This document shows, one piece after another, positions 16,685 to 27,011 of a DNA stretch of 64,000 nucleotides. Both the position numbers and the translations under genes were made by a program. This stretch comes from a virus: IMG/VR virus record IMGVR_UViG_3300032245_000484, positions 2,689-66,688 of that record. One strand, given 5' to 3'. Positions within the stretch are counted from its first letter, which is position 1; every line of letters starts with the position of its first letter. The notes beneath the pieces were generated by a model. The model was not told the DNA's origin. It did no database searches and saw only the letters and a list, made by a program, of their open reading frames with translations.

Positions 16685-19018
16685 ATGGCAAACAATGCAC
16701 TAAAGACTCTACTCAAGACCGATCTGATTGAAATGATCCGTCTTGGCATTTCGGACAGCAATCAGTACTACCTGTTTGTCAGTAGGGCATTGCCATATAC
16801 CGATGTAACCTCAACGACACTGGTGACGGAAAGCGACATACGCCCACCCTCTATTGGGGAATCCTCGCGGAATGCATATGATACCTACCGCAACATGGTG
16901 TTCATGAAGCGGATTCGACCAGAGAACCTGAAGTTGATGATTCCGAGGATCGATTGGACCTCGGGAGAGGTCTATACTCCCTATTCCGAGACCACCGACA
17001 TGGCTGGCGAAACCTACTATGTCATGACATCGGAATACAATGTCTACAAGTGCATGGCATCGAATGGGACATCGACCATCATGCCCACGGGTAAGAGTAC
17101 CAATGTGGTGTCTTTCGAGGACGGCTACAAGTGGAAGTACATCTATACCGTCACCGAAGACATGATAGACCATGTCACCCTCGACTATATTCCTGTATTC
17201 GTTGCCGACGAATCGCATAGTGATCAAAAGCAGGTCCAGAACCTCGCGGCACCCGGTTCGATAGACACAGTCACCGCAACGACGAACAGCAGCCTTGTCT
17301 TCGACAAGATATACCGCCTTGATGGCTATTTTAGCAACAACAAGACGGCAATGCAGACTGATCTTGGCATAACACCGAATGTCGCAGGATCGACCTATGT
17401 CTGCTTCACTCCACCGAACGAGCAGGGAGATGTGTCGAATGGATACTGGAATGACTATGCGATATATGTCAGAAGCGGACCTGGCATCGGTCAGTATTTC
17501 AGGATTGTGGACTTCAAGAAGGGTGGAAATGCGGGATCAAGTTACTACTATGCGAATGTATATCCCGCATTGACCCGTGATGTCGTATCGATATCGGAGG
17601 CTTCAAGTCCTGCGAATGCATCCAAGTTGAAGGTCGTTCCGTATGTGGTTGTGGATGGGGATGGAACAGATGCCGTCGTCATTCCAAATACGGGAACCGA
17701 CAAGTACATCACTTCACTTAGCATAATCAATCCGGGCTACAACTACACATATGCACAGCCAAGGGTTGTCACCGAGAAGAGCAGCGTGACATTGGGTTCC
17801 GCTGTCGCGACATACAACTCCTCCATCTCGACAAGCATCTCCACGCCAAAAGGTCATGGAGCAAATGCCATCAAGGAGTTTGGTGCATCCGATTTGATGA
17901 TCTTGGTGGAGATAGAGGGAACCGAGGACGGCAAGATATCCACGCGCAACGACTACCGTCAGTTCGGCATCGTCAAGAGTCCGTATCTATACGGAGGAGA
18001 GACATTCGCTGGCTACGAGGAAGAAGTTGTGCTGAAGGCTCTCATAAAGAGACAGCCAACCAAGAATCTATATGATGTCAATACATTTGTGAAGGGAAAC
18101 CACATCATTGGCAAGGAAACCCGTGCCACTGCCCGCATACTCGACAGCGAATCCATCCCAGGCTCAAGGTTCCATCGGCTGTACCTGACAGATGTCGTTG
18201 GAGACTTCCGTTTCTCAGACGATGGTTCCAAGAAGATACGGGTATTCTTCGACAGCACCTATACGGGAACCTTCGTCACGGGAGATATTGCCACTCAGTA
18301 TGAGGGAACCATCGGGCTTACCTTGACTGGATCTGGAAACATCGTTTCGTATGACATGAATGAAAAGCAGTTCGTGGTCGATACCACTTACGGATCGTTT
18401 GTTTCTGGCAAGACCATGATCTTCGTCGGCAGCGGCGGTCACACTCTCAGTGGAGCAAAGATCCTCGAAGTAGATGAAGAGTTTGGTGAGATCCTCGGAC
18501 AGGTTGTCTTTGGAACCACCTCTGGTAGCGATTTCCTCACATTCGGAGGAGATGAGGTGTTTGGTCGCCTTGCATCGACGGAGTTCGTCCCCACCGCCAA
18601 GGAAAATCTTGGCGAGTACCGCATGACAACCAAGTTGACCGTGGTCAATGCATCTCTATTCACGGATGGGGTGATCGCTTCCTCTTCTGCATTGGATGGA
18701 ACTATCACGCAGACCAATCCGATGACTCTAGCCAAGGTGACGGGAACTGTTGTTGACTTCACTGTTGCTGGTGGTCTTGGATTCACAGGAATCATCAGTC
18801 TCAACAACCTGACGGGAACATTCAGTCAGATTGGAACATTGACATTCACTCCATACGGAACCACTGCGGATACCGCATTGTCTACCGTCACAATCAACAG
18901 CATAACCAACCCCGAGGTTTCTGTAGGTTCCGGAGAGTTGTTATACATAGAAAATGTACGACCAATAGAACGAAATATCGAACAATCCGAGCAATTCAAG
19001 ATTGTAATCGGTTTCTAG
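16685..19018 (+). CDS. gp8: baseplate wedge subunit
   Basis: PRIDW.SG..Y, YYVM...YNVYKC, DGYKWKY.YT, P.GHG.N...E, NDYRQ.G, SGELLYIEN.RPI.R...Q.E..KI. Confidence 0.85.
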   Translation: MANNALKTLLKTDLIEMIRLGISDSNQYYLFVSRALPYTDVTSTTLVTESDIRPPSIGESSRNAYDTYRNMVFMKRIRPENLKLMIPRIDWTSGEVYTPYSETTDMAGETYYVMTSEYNVYKCMASNGTSTIMPTGKSTNVVSFEDGYKWKYIYTVTEDMIDHVTLDYIPVFVADESHSDQKQVQNLAAPGSIDTVTATTNSSLVFDKIYRLDGYFSNNKTAMQTDLGITPNVAGSTYVCFTPPNEQGDVSNGYWNDYAIYVRSGPGIGQYFRIVDFKKGGNAGSSYYYANVYPALTRDVVSISEASSPANASKLKVVPYVVVDGDGTDAVVIPNTGTDKYITSLSIINPGYNYTYAQPRVVTEKSSVTLGSAVATYNSSISTSISTPKGHGANAIKEFGASDLMILVEIEGTEDGKISTRNDYRQFGIVKSPYLYGGETFAGYEEEVVLKALIKRQPTKNLYDVNTFVKGNHIIGKETRATARILDSESIPGSRFHRLYLTDVVGDFRFSDDGSKKIRVFFDSTYTGTFVTGDIATQYEGTIGLTLTGSGNIVSYDMNEKQFVVDTTYGSFVSGKTMIFVGSGGHTLSGAKILEVDEEFGEILGQVVFGTTSGSDFLTFGGDEVFGRLASTEFVPTAKENLGEYRMTTKLTVVNASLFTDGVIASSSALDGTITQTNPMTLAKVTGTVVDFTVAGGLGFTGIISLNNLTGTFSQIGTLTFTPYGTTADTALSTVTINSITNPEVSVGSGELLYIENVRPIERNIEQSEQFKIVIGF

Positions 19019-19030
19019 GAGCAAGAGTAG

Positions 19031-22000
19031 ATGCCTTCTTACGATCCGACCCTTTTCAATGTCAATCCATACTACGATGACTTCAATGAGGATAAGAAGT
19101 TCCTCCGAATGCTCTTTCGTCCGGGGTATGCAGTTCAGTCCCGCGAACTGACCCAACTACAGACAATCCTACAGAATCAGGTCGAGCGGTTCGGCAATCA
19201 CATCTTCAAGGATGGCAGCAACATCATCGGCGGCGAGATATCGACGCAGACCTTGAACTTTGTCCGCATCTATCCACAGACCAGCGTTGCTCCGATCTTC
19301 ACTGCAACCGCAGAGGATGTCGTTGGTCATCGCCTCATTCAGAGAGATGGATCCGGAAATGCCGTCTCAAAGGCAGTTGTTGTCGATTACCTGCCAAGTT
19401 ACAGCGCAGCCGATCCGTATGGCGTAGCCGTAATCTCGTATATGTCGGGAACTGAGTTCACCACGGGAGCCACAGTCGAAAGCGACAATCCAGACAAGAC
19501 GATGCAGTTCACGATTGCTCCAGCAAGCAGCCCGGTAGCCCCAAAGGGGAAGACCCATGTTGTCGCGATCAGCGAGGGAATCTATTATATCAATGGATTC
19601 TTCGTCAAGTCCACCGAGCAGTTGGAACCGGCATACACAGTCACGAACGAGATCCGCAACTTCGACAGCCCCACGGGAATCATGGGATTCGAGGTTCAGT
19701 CCACAATCGTCACGGAAAAGGACGATTATACGATCAAGGATCCCGCAAACGGCTCCTACAACTATAATGCTCCCGGCGCACATAGATTCAAGATAGATCT
19801 TGTGCTTAAGTTTGTCGAGACCGATACAGATGCAAACTTCATACAGTTGGTGTTCTATTCGGGTGGCGAGATTCTGAAGAAGATTGAAAAGACAGAATAT
19901 TCAGACATCATCAACCTATTCGCGCAGCGGACATACGATGAGAGCGGAAACTACATCGTCAACCCATTCGATGTCTCATTCCGCGATGGCGATGAGACAA
20001 CTACCTATGCCGATGTCGGATCAGGCAAGGCTTATGTCTTCGGCTATGAATACGAAACAAAGTTCAAGGATGTGATTGAGGTTCCCCGTGCGCGAACGGT
20101 TGGCATCTACGAGGACTATTCGGTTGACAACTATTTTGGAAACTACATCATCGGTCAGTATAGCCCGAATGGAACAAACATCAACTATCTGTTCTCCGAG
20201 GTCAATGCGGCAATCGGTGAGAAGACCCTTGGATATTCGGTCTATGGAGCCACTGCAATGGCTACATCGGCAAACTACATGGACACCGCCATCTTTGAGG
20301 CATTCCTCATCAAGATGGAACCAGATGGAGTCACGAACTACTCGACTCAGGGTCAGAACATGCAGTTCAAGGCATTTATCTCCAACATCACGCAGATAAA
20401 TGCCACGGGTGGAATAAGCCACCCGATGAATCTCTACCTCTATTCATACGAGACGGGAGTTTCACACAAACTTCTCAACAGCGTCGAACTATATCGTTCC
20501 ACCTATACAGCAAGTCAGTCCAGGCTTCCAAAGTTCTCTGATTTCGATAGTCAGTCCTTGGTTTTCCCGATCAACGGCGAGACACCGACTACGATGGTCA
20601 AGCAGGTCACGGATCTTTCCTATCTACAGACTGTCTTCAAGGGATTCGTTGCTTCTTCCAATGATACTCAGCCATCCGTAGCACTTGCTATGGGTGAGAA
20701 CTTCAACTGGTCATTCAACAATGGATTCATCCCCAACGGCAACGATGTGGTTCTTGATGAATCCGATGGATACTATGTCGTCTATGCCTCGGGATCGGCA
20801 ATGCTCATCGGAACCATCCTACGCATAGTAGGACCAAACATAACTGTTCCCACTGGTCAGACGAAGGTCACGGCAAAGATCACCGATGATGGAGACTACA
20901 TTCAGTTCACATCTTCGCTTCCCGTGGGATCCTACTATCTCGTTGGAAAAGCGAAGAACATCACGGCTGATGTACAGACAAGCACATCCACCAAGATTCG
21001 TACCAAGACATTGGAGTCGAACACAGAGACGATCACGGAAGCGATCAATACACTCAATACGCTCAAGAGGAACATCAAGTACACGAAGAAGGGAACCACT
21101 CAGGTTTCCGACATAACCACGATGTATTTCGTGCTTGATAGGTCCGATGTCCTCCGCATCAACAGCATAACAACCACAGATGGAACCGACATAAGCGACC
21201 GCTTCCTGTTTGATACCGGTCAGCGCGATGCCGCATATCTCCTCGGCAGAATCTATGTCAAGCCTGAGCATTATAGCAAGTACTCAGATGGTACATCTTT
21301 TTCCATCGTGGTCTCATACGACTATTACGAGCATTCTGGCTATGGTCCGTTCGTTGCCGACTCCTATGTCGGAATCTCCTACGATGATATTCAGGTTTTC
21401 GTCAGCCCACGCACAGGCAAGTCGATAAATCTCGCCAATGCAATGGACTTCCGCACACAAGCCAAGATCACTGGGTTCATGCCAGCGGGGGCTACGAGCG
21501 GAACTACTGCTGCGGAAAGCCCAAGCCAACTCTACAATCGTCCGATCATCCGATACAGCAATGGCTTTGCTCCCGAAAGATCCAGCATTGTGCAAAGCCA
21601 CACGGCATATCTTCCAAGAATAGACAAACTGGTCGTTTCGAAGAACATTGCAGCAGAGGACACCGGTGACATCACTACCCTCAAGAGGATTGCGGGAATA
21701 CCCAGCGATTCTCCGATTGTTCCCGAGGATCTCAGCGATTCGATGACGCTGTTCACATTGAGCATTCCTGCATATACATTTAATGCACAGGACATAAAGG
21801 CTCAGACAATCGGAAACAACCGATTCACGATGAAGGACATTGGAACCATTTCAAGTCGTGTGGATGCCCTTGAGCAGCAAGCCACATTGAATGATCTTGA
21901 GATGAGCGTCATATCCAAGGATCTCAAGACAACCACAGGTGCCGATGCATTGAAGCGGGCAATCCTCGTTGATACATTCGATGGGCATTCAATCGGTGAT

Positions 22001-24262
22001 GTCTCGGATACCGACTATAGGTGCGCCATCGATCCCGAACTGGGCGAACTGAGGGCATCGTTCGATTCCAATGCCTACGGATTTGCCTACAATGGTTCCG
22101 ATCCAGGACTCACTTTGACTGTGGACAACATTCTGTGTGCCTCTTTCACAGGCACCACGATGATCTATCAGAACAAGGCAAGCGATACGGTCAATGTGAA
22201 CTCGTACTCTCTGCCCAACTGGGTTGGAAACATCAAGACAAGTCCTGTCGGAGACTATTGGTACGACAATGCTACGAGACCGGTGGTCAAGAACAACGAC
22301 TCCGGCAGCAATGATGCATGGAACATCAGCAACATGAATGCCATGCATGGTCATGGTTCTCAATGGAATGATTGGGAAAGCATCTGGAATGGAATCTCCG
22401 TCGAGGCAAACGAGGTAGAGTCCAAGAAGAATGCAGATTTCTTTGCTTCCAGTAGGAAGAAGGATCAGGACACCTCAGTCGAGGCAAGATGGTATGCCAG
22501 CAACAAGATCAGCAGGTTCACCATCCCCGTGGATAAACTCAAGCAGAAGTATTCGTATGTCCTCCGCAAGAAGGACTACTATGCGAACATCGGCACGAAT
22601 ACTCTATTGAACCGCAGCATCTCTCCATACATGCGCGGCAAGATGATAACATTCAGCGCATACAACATGAAGCCGAACACGCAGATGCATGTGTTCCTCG
22701 ACAACATCAATGTCAACGAATACTGCGTCAAGTCGGGTTCCAACGGTCCATTCACAACCGATGTTGCCAACGGCTCGCTTGAGAATATCGTGTTGACTCT
22801 TCCCGCTGGCATGTTTGAGGTGGGAGACAAGATCCTTCGTCTGATAGACGATGCAAACAATGTTGTGGAGAATGCCACCACTATTGCCGAGGCTACCTTC
22901 TATAGCAGAGGAACGAATCCAGAGAATCCATTTGGAATAGCATCGGTTCGTCCCGCGGAGATCAGGAAGCAGACCCCCAGCAGCAGCAAGGTGGTCAGCA
23001 ATCCACTTTATCGTAAGAAGAGTATCAATACCACAAAATACAATCAGTGGATCGATCCCGTTGCACAGACATTCGAAATCAACGAGAACGAGAATCCATA
23101 CGGCACATTCCTGGAGAGTGTGGATATTGCCATTGCAACCAAGGACGACGAACTTCCGATCACGGTCGAGATATGCCCCGTGGTCAACGGAGTTCCCCAC
23201 CCATCTGTGATCCTACCATTCAGCACGGTTGTTCGCAATCCATCCACGATAACTGCAAATGCGATAACGCCGACATATACCAACTTCAAGTTCAGTAGCC
23301 CCGTCTACTTGTCACCAGGTCAATATGCAGTCGTTGTCCGTTCGAACAGTCTGAAGTACACACTGTTCGTGGCTAACATCGGAAAGCAGGATCTTGTGAC
23401 CGAGGAAACTATAACCTCGACATTCACAGGAGGAATCCTATATAAGGCTCAGAATGCATCGGAACCAAGAGGAGATGCAAACACCGACTTGATGTTCCGA
23501 CTCAACCGCTGCATATTCCAACTTCCCTCCGCATCGGTGACGCTCAACTACATCGATCAGCCTGATGCATTCACGGCACACTTGATACAGCCGAATGTGT
23601 TTGCATTCACCCCACCGAACATGACCCTCACCGCCGAGGTGGTGGTCGGATCGACGGAATATAGTGCAACGATCAACAGGAATCTCCCACTCAAGTCGAG
23701 CCATATCCTTGATGAGAGCGGAACCTTGAACCTGATACTCAATGCAGCGAACACGGCAAGTCCATTGTACACATACATGATCGATCTTGATCGCACCAAT
23801 GTAGTGGCGGTCAAGAACATCATCAGCAGCAGCGAGAACAGCACTACTATCGAACAGGCTATATCTTCGGGTAGGACGGACAATACTGCAAGGTACATCA
23901 CCAAGAAGGTGTCTATTCCATACGGTCAGTCTGCCAAGGAACTGAAGGTAATAATGGATGCCTACTATCCCAAGGGAACCTACATCCGAGTCTATGCCAA
24001 GACATTCAATTCGGAGCATAATGTTCCGGACGAGGTAGGCTACAAGAGGATGGTGATCGATTCCACAAGCGAGTTCTATGTTGGTGGTCAGTTCACTTAT
24101 TCAGTCAATCCACAGGATTTCCGTGAGATATCCTTCTCAATACTTCCCGATGCAAACGAGAAGTTCAATACATTCTCCGCGAAGATTTGCATGTATAGCG
24201 ATAGCGGCAATGAAATCAAGGTTCCGATCATCAAGAACCTACGAGTGGTTGCAATCGAATGA
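19031..24262 (+). CDS. large baseplate/virion structural protein (VrlC / DUF4815-like)
   Basis: NVNPYYDDF...K.F.R.LFRPG.AVQ.RELTQLQ.ILQ.Q.ERFG.HIFKDGS, APGAHR, RTYDESG.Y, YLPRID, N.R.TM.DIG, DP.AQTF. Confidence 0.85.
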   Translation: MPSYDPTLFNVNPYYDDFNEDKKFLRMLFRPGYAVQSRELTQLQTILQNQVERFGNHIFKDGSNIIGGEISTQTLNFVRIYPQTSVAPIFTATAEDVVGHRLIQRDGSGNAVSKAVVVDYLPSYSAADPYGVAVISYMSGTEFTTGATVESDNPDKTMQFTIAPASSPVAPKGKTHVVAISEGIYYINGFFVKSTEQLEPAYTVTNEIRNFDSPTGIMGFEVQSTIVTEKDDYTIKDPANGSYNYNAPGAHRFKIDLVLKFVETDTDANFIQLVFYSGGEILKKIEKTEYSDIINLFAQRTYDESGNYIVNPFDVSFRDGDETTTYADVGSGKAYVFGYEYETKFKDVIEVPRARTVGIYEDYSVDNYFGNYIIGQYSPNGTNINYLFSEVNAAIGEKTLGYSVYGATAMATSANYMDTAIFEAFLIKMEPDGVTNYSTQGQNMQFKAFISNITQINATGGISHPMNLYLYSYETGVSHKLLNSVELYRSTYTASQSRLPKFSDFDSQSLVFPINGETPTTMVKQVTDLSYLQTVFKGFVASSNDTQPSVALAMGENFNWSFNNGFIPNGNDVVLDESDGYYVVYASGSAMLIGTILRIVGPNITVPTGQTKVTAKITDDGDYIQFTSSLPVGSYYLVGKAKNITADVQTSTSTKIRTKTLESNTETITEAINTLNTLKRNIKYTKKGTTQVSDITTMYFVLDRSDVLRINSITTTDGTDISDRFLFDTGQRDAAYLLGRIYVKPEHYSKYSDGTSFSIVVSYDYYEHSGYGPFVADSYVGISYDDIQVFVSPRTGKSINLANAMDFRTQAKITGFMPAGATSGTTAAESPSQLYNRPIIRYSNGFAPERSSIVQSHTAYLPRIDKLVVSKNIAAEDTGDITTLKRIAGIPSDSPIVPEDLSDSMTLFTLSIPAYTFNAQDIKAQTIGNNRFTMKDIGTISSRVDALEQQATLNDLEMSVISKDLKTTTGADALKRAILVDTFDGHSIGDVSDTDYRCAIDPELGELRASFDSNAYGFAYNGSDPGLTLTVDNILCASFTGTTMIYQNKASDTVNVNSYSLPNWVGNIKTSPVGDYWYDNATRPVVKNNDSGSNDAWNISNMNAMHGHGSQWNDWESIWNGISVEANEVESKKNADFFASSRKKDQDTSVEARWYASNKISRFTIPVDKLKQKYSYVLRKKDYYANIGTNTLLNRSISPYMRGKMITFSAYNMKPNTQMHVFLDNINVNEYCVKSGSNGPFTTDVANGSLENIVLTLPAGMFEVGDKILRLIDDANNVVENATTIAEATFYSRGTNPENPFGIASVRPAEIRKQTPSSSKVVSNPLYRKKSINTTKYNQWIDPVAQTFEINENENPYGTFLESVDIAIATKDDELPITVEICPVVNGVPHPSVILPFSTVVRNPSTITANAITPTYTNFKFSSPVYLSPGQYAVVVRSNSLKYTLFVANIGKQDLVTEETITSTFTGGILYKAQNASEPRGDANTDLMFRLNRCIFQLPSASVTLNYIDQPDAFTAHLIQPNVFAFTPPNMTLTAEVVVGSTEYSATINRNLPLKSSHILDESGTLNLILNAANTASPLYTYMIDLDRTNVVAVKNIISSSENSTTIEQAISSGRTDNTARYITKKVSIPYGQSAKELKVIMDAYYPKGTYIRVYAKTFNSEHNVPDEVGYKRMVIDSTSEFYVGGQFTYSVNPQDFREISFSILPDANEKFNTFSAKICMYSDSGNEIKVPIIKNLRVVAIE

Positions 24263-24429
24263 GCGACTATAGAAGAGACAAGGCTACAGGTGCTTTGATA
24301 TTCTGCAATCCCGAAAAAGAGAAGGAGATTCTCTCAAGACGGAGCATGGTGGAGGAGATAAAGCACCTCAAAGAAGAGATAAATACTCTTAAGAGTCAGG
24401 TACAGGAACTACTAGCAGCGAGAAACTGA
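24259..24429 (+). CDS. small coiled-coil protein, 56 aa (not in the ORF track)
   Basis: MSDYRRDKATGALIFCN...EEIKHLKEEINTLKSQVQELLAARN; RD..TGA.I motif of the small gene that follows VrlC-like genes; ATGA overlap. Confidence 0.7.
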   Translation: MSDYRRDKATGALIFCNPEKEKEILSRRSMVEEIKHLKEEINTLKSQVQELLAARN

Positions 24430-24430
24430 G

Positions 24431-27001
24431 ATGCCGACAGGTCCAGCAAGCAGCAGTTACATAATCCCCCAGTTGACTTTGTCCGATACCTTCTACGAAT
24501 GGTACTCGCTGACAAACAACGAGATCATCGACAAGTTGAACCGCATGAGTGTCTATGGGGTCACTGGTGCCACAGGCATCGCCACATCTCAGGGTGATGA
24601 TGGCATAGCGACCATCTATCTTGCACCAACTATTCCCGGTGACCACAACTTCACGGGAAACATCACATTCGATGGAACCGTCACCACAGTCAACACCAAT
24701 CTTGTCACCATTGATGACTACAATCTGGTACTTGGTGCGGTGGGTTCAAATGGTGGAACGGGTGGAACATCCGACAATGTGATCACGACAAGCGGCGGTG
24801 GCGGAATCATCATTGCGGGTGCATGTGGCGACAAGTCTTTCCTGTGGAAGTCGTATGACAGCACTGGCAGGACATATTCGGGGTGGCGCATCAGCGATGC
24901 CCTTGCATTCACCGGCGACGGAAAGTTCTATTCCTACAACAATAAGTTCATCTTCTCTGAGGGTGATGACAGTACTCCAGCATCGAAGGTGATCCTGAAC
25001 ACATATAGTGCAGGATCAACGGTCGATCTACAGACATACTTCGACTCTTCGGGAACGACATATACCAACTTCAACTTCCTGAGCGATGGTTCGTCACGAA
25101 TGGTGAACTCCTCGCTGATCAAGCGATTTGATTCGGTGACGAACATCTCCGCAATAGGATTGACTTTTGGAATGGTCGTTCGCCACGATAAGAACACAGG
25201 TGGAATCACGCTTGCAAAGGCAGACAATGTTTCGAATGCAGAGGCAATCGGCATTGCAGTCAATCTAAACAGCACATCTCAGTTTGTCGATGTGAACATG
25301 CTTGGATATGTGGCAGGAAACTTCTCAGGAGCAATCGCATCTGCGGATTCCGCCACTGCTCTTGGAACCGGAGAGTTCTATTTCCTTTCCGACAGCGAAG
25401 CAGGAAAGATCACAAAGACAGCCCCCACCGTGACGGGAATGGTTCGCAAGCCGATTCTATATGCTCTTGGCACAACCAAGGCAATCATGATGAACTATGT
25501 CGGCAATAAGATTGTCGATATCGATACCGTCTACTCCAAGTTGAATGCTTCCACAGTCGTGATCAAGCATGAGGCTAATCTCTTCTCAATAGGCGACACG
25601 GTTCGCTTTGAGGAAGGCATTACCGCCACAGACAGACCATATGGTTCGTATGTCAAGGCATCTTGCAACAGCACCGAGGAAGCCGAAGCACTCGGCATCA
25701 TCTCAAAGATCAACTATGGTGGGAACTCCGCTGCATCATTGATGACGGTCGCAGGATACATCGATCTTTCCGCGTCGGGTCTTACCTTCAATCCCGGATC
25801 GGTCTACTTTCTCGGAAACGAGGATGGATCTCTTGTGGATACGGCTCCTTATACGGTCAATACCGTCAGGAAGCCAATCATGGTTGCAGTCACCCCGACT
25901 GCGGGTATTGTGCAGAACTATGTCGGTCTCGTCATCAATACGAATACCGACACAGGAACGAGCATCCTCATCCCGCAAAGTGGTTCGGGCTTCCGCAACA
26001 AGTTGATCAACGGAAACTTTGATTTCTGGCAGAGAGGAACCACATTCTCCTTCCGTAATCCAATATCAGAAACAAATCGCTATACGGCTGACAGATGGAA
26101 GTTGATCAATGACGGTGGCACCACCGCAGAACGACTCGGAATCAGCGTCAATCAGACGGTTCTTGGTCTTGGAGATCTCAAGAACTCCGCAGCATATTCT
26201 GCATATGGACTTGAGTTGAATATCAGCACGGGTGGACATACCGCAGGAAGCCAGACATACCTTTTCCAGAGAATAGAAGGTGCCGAACAGTTCCCAAGCG
26301 GATATGCAACTGTATCATTCTATGCCAAAGCAAGCGTGACCAATGCCAAGTTGGGCGTTTCCTTCCGCAGGGATTTTGGTGGTGGAACCGCTCCCGACTA
26401 TGCAACCACAAAAGTCGAGAAGAACTCACAGAAGGTATCTGGCTTCGTGATGAATGTTCCTAATACATGGACTCGCGTTGCATATACTTTCTCCCTGCCC
26501 GATGCAAGTGGTGGTATTCTTGGAACAGCAGGAACGGACGGACCCGAGATTAGGTTCTTTGTCCGCGCTGGAACCGATCATGTCGGAACAACAGGAGATG
26601 TTGCAGAAGAGATCAATGCCAATCTTGCGGGTGTCAACAACTACACCATCAAGATCGCGCAAGTGCAGTTTGAGTACGGGCAGGATGCAACTCCATTCGA
26701 ACTCAATGATCCGACATCGGAGTTCAATCGATGCCTGAGATACTATCAGACGACCAATGCAGCATCTCCGTTCCGAGCCATATCCTCGGTAAATGCAAAT
26801 AATGTGGATTCCATACCAACTGAGAACAGCAATGTGGTTGTGCGCTATCCGGTCGAGATCCGCGACTCAAGCAACTGCACTGTCAACTATGTGGTTGATA
26901 CGGGATCGCTTGGAGCAATAACGAAGTCGAAGAAGGGCTTCAAGACAACCAAAGTCGGCTCACCTACGAACCTAAACTACGAAGTGGAATCTGAACTCTA
27001 A
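24431..27001 (+). CDS. tail fibre-like virion protein
   Basis: L.DTF..W...TN at the N-terminus, GT.TTVNT...I.D fibre motif, two internal repeat domains, RN..ING.FD.WQRGT...Y.ADRW carbohydrate-binding-type module, Q.E.G..ATPFE. Confidence 0.75.
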   Translation: MPTGPASSSYIIPQLTLSDTFYEWYSLTNNEIIDKLNRMSVYGVTGATGIATSQGDDGIATIYLAPTIPGDHNFTGNITFDGTVTTVNTNLVTIDDYNLVLGAVGSNGGTGGTSDNVITTSGGGGIIIAGACGDKSFLWKSYDSTGRTYSGWRISDALAFTGDGKFYSYNNKFIFSEGDDSTPASKVILNTYSAGSTVDLQTYFDSSGTTYTNFNFLSDGSSRMVNSSLIKRFDSVTNISAIGLTFGMVVRHDKNTGGITLAKADNVSNAEAIGIAVNLNSTSQFVDVNMLGYVAGNFSGAIASADSATALGTGEFYFLSDSEAGKITKTAPTVTGMVRKPILYALGTTKAIMMNYVGNKIVDIDTVYSKLNASTVVIKHEANLFSIGDTVRFEEGITATDRPYGSYVKASCNSTEEAEALGIISKINYGGNSAASLMTVAGYIDLSASGLTFNPGSVYFLGNEDGSLVDTAPYTVNTVRKPIMVAVTPTAGIVQNYVGLVINTNTDTGTSILIPQSGSGFRNKLINGNFDFWQRGTTFSFRNPISETNRYTADRWKLINDGGTTAERLGISVNQTVLGLGDLKNSAAYSAYGLELNISTGGHTAGSQTYLFQRIEGAEQFPSGYATVSFYAKASVTNAKLGVSFRRDFGGGTAPDYATTKVEKNSQKVSGFVMNVPNTWTRVAYTFSLPDASGGILGTAGTDGPEIRFFVRAGTDHVGTTGDVAEEINANLAGVNNYTIKIAQVQFEYGQDATPFELNDPTSEFNRCLRYYQTTNAASPFRAISSVNANNVDSIPTENSNVVVRYPVEIRDSSNCTVNYVVDTGSLGAITKSKKGFKTTKVGSPTNLNYEVESEL

Positions 27002-27011
27002 AGAGGCATAA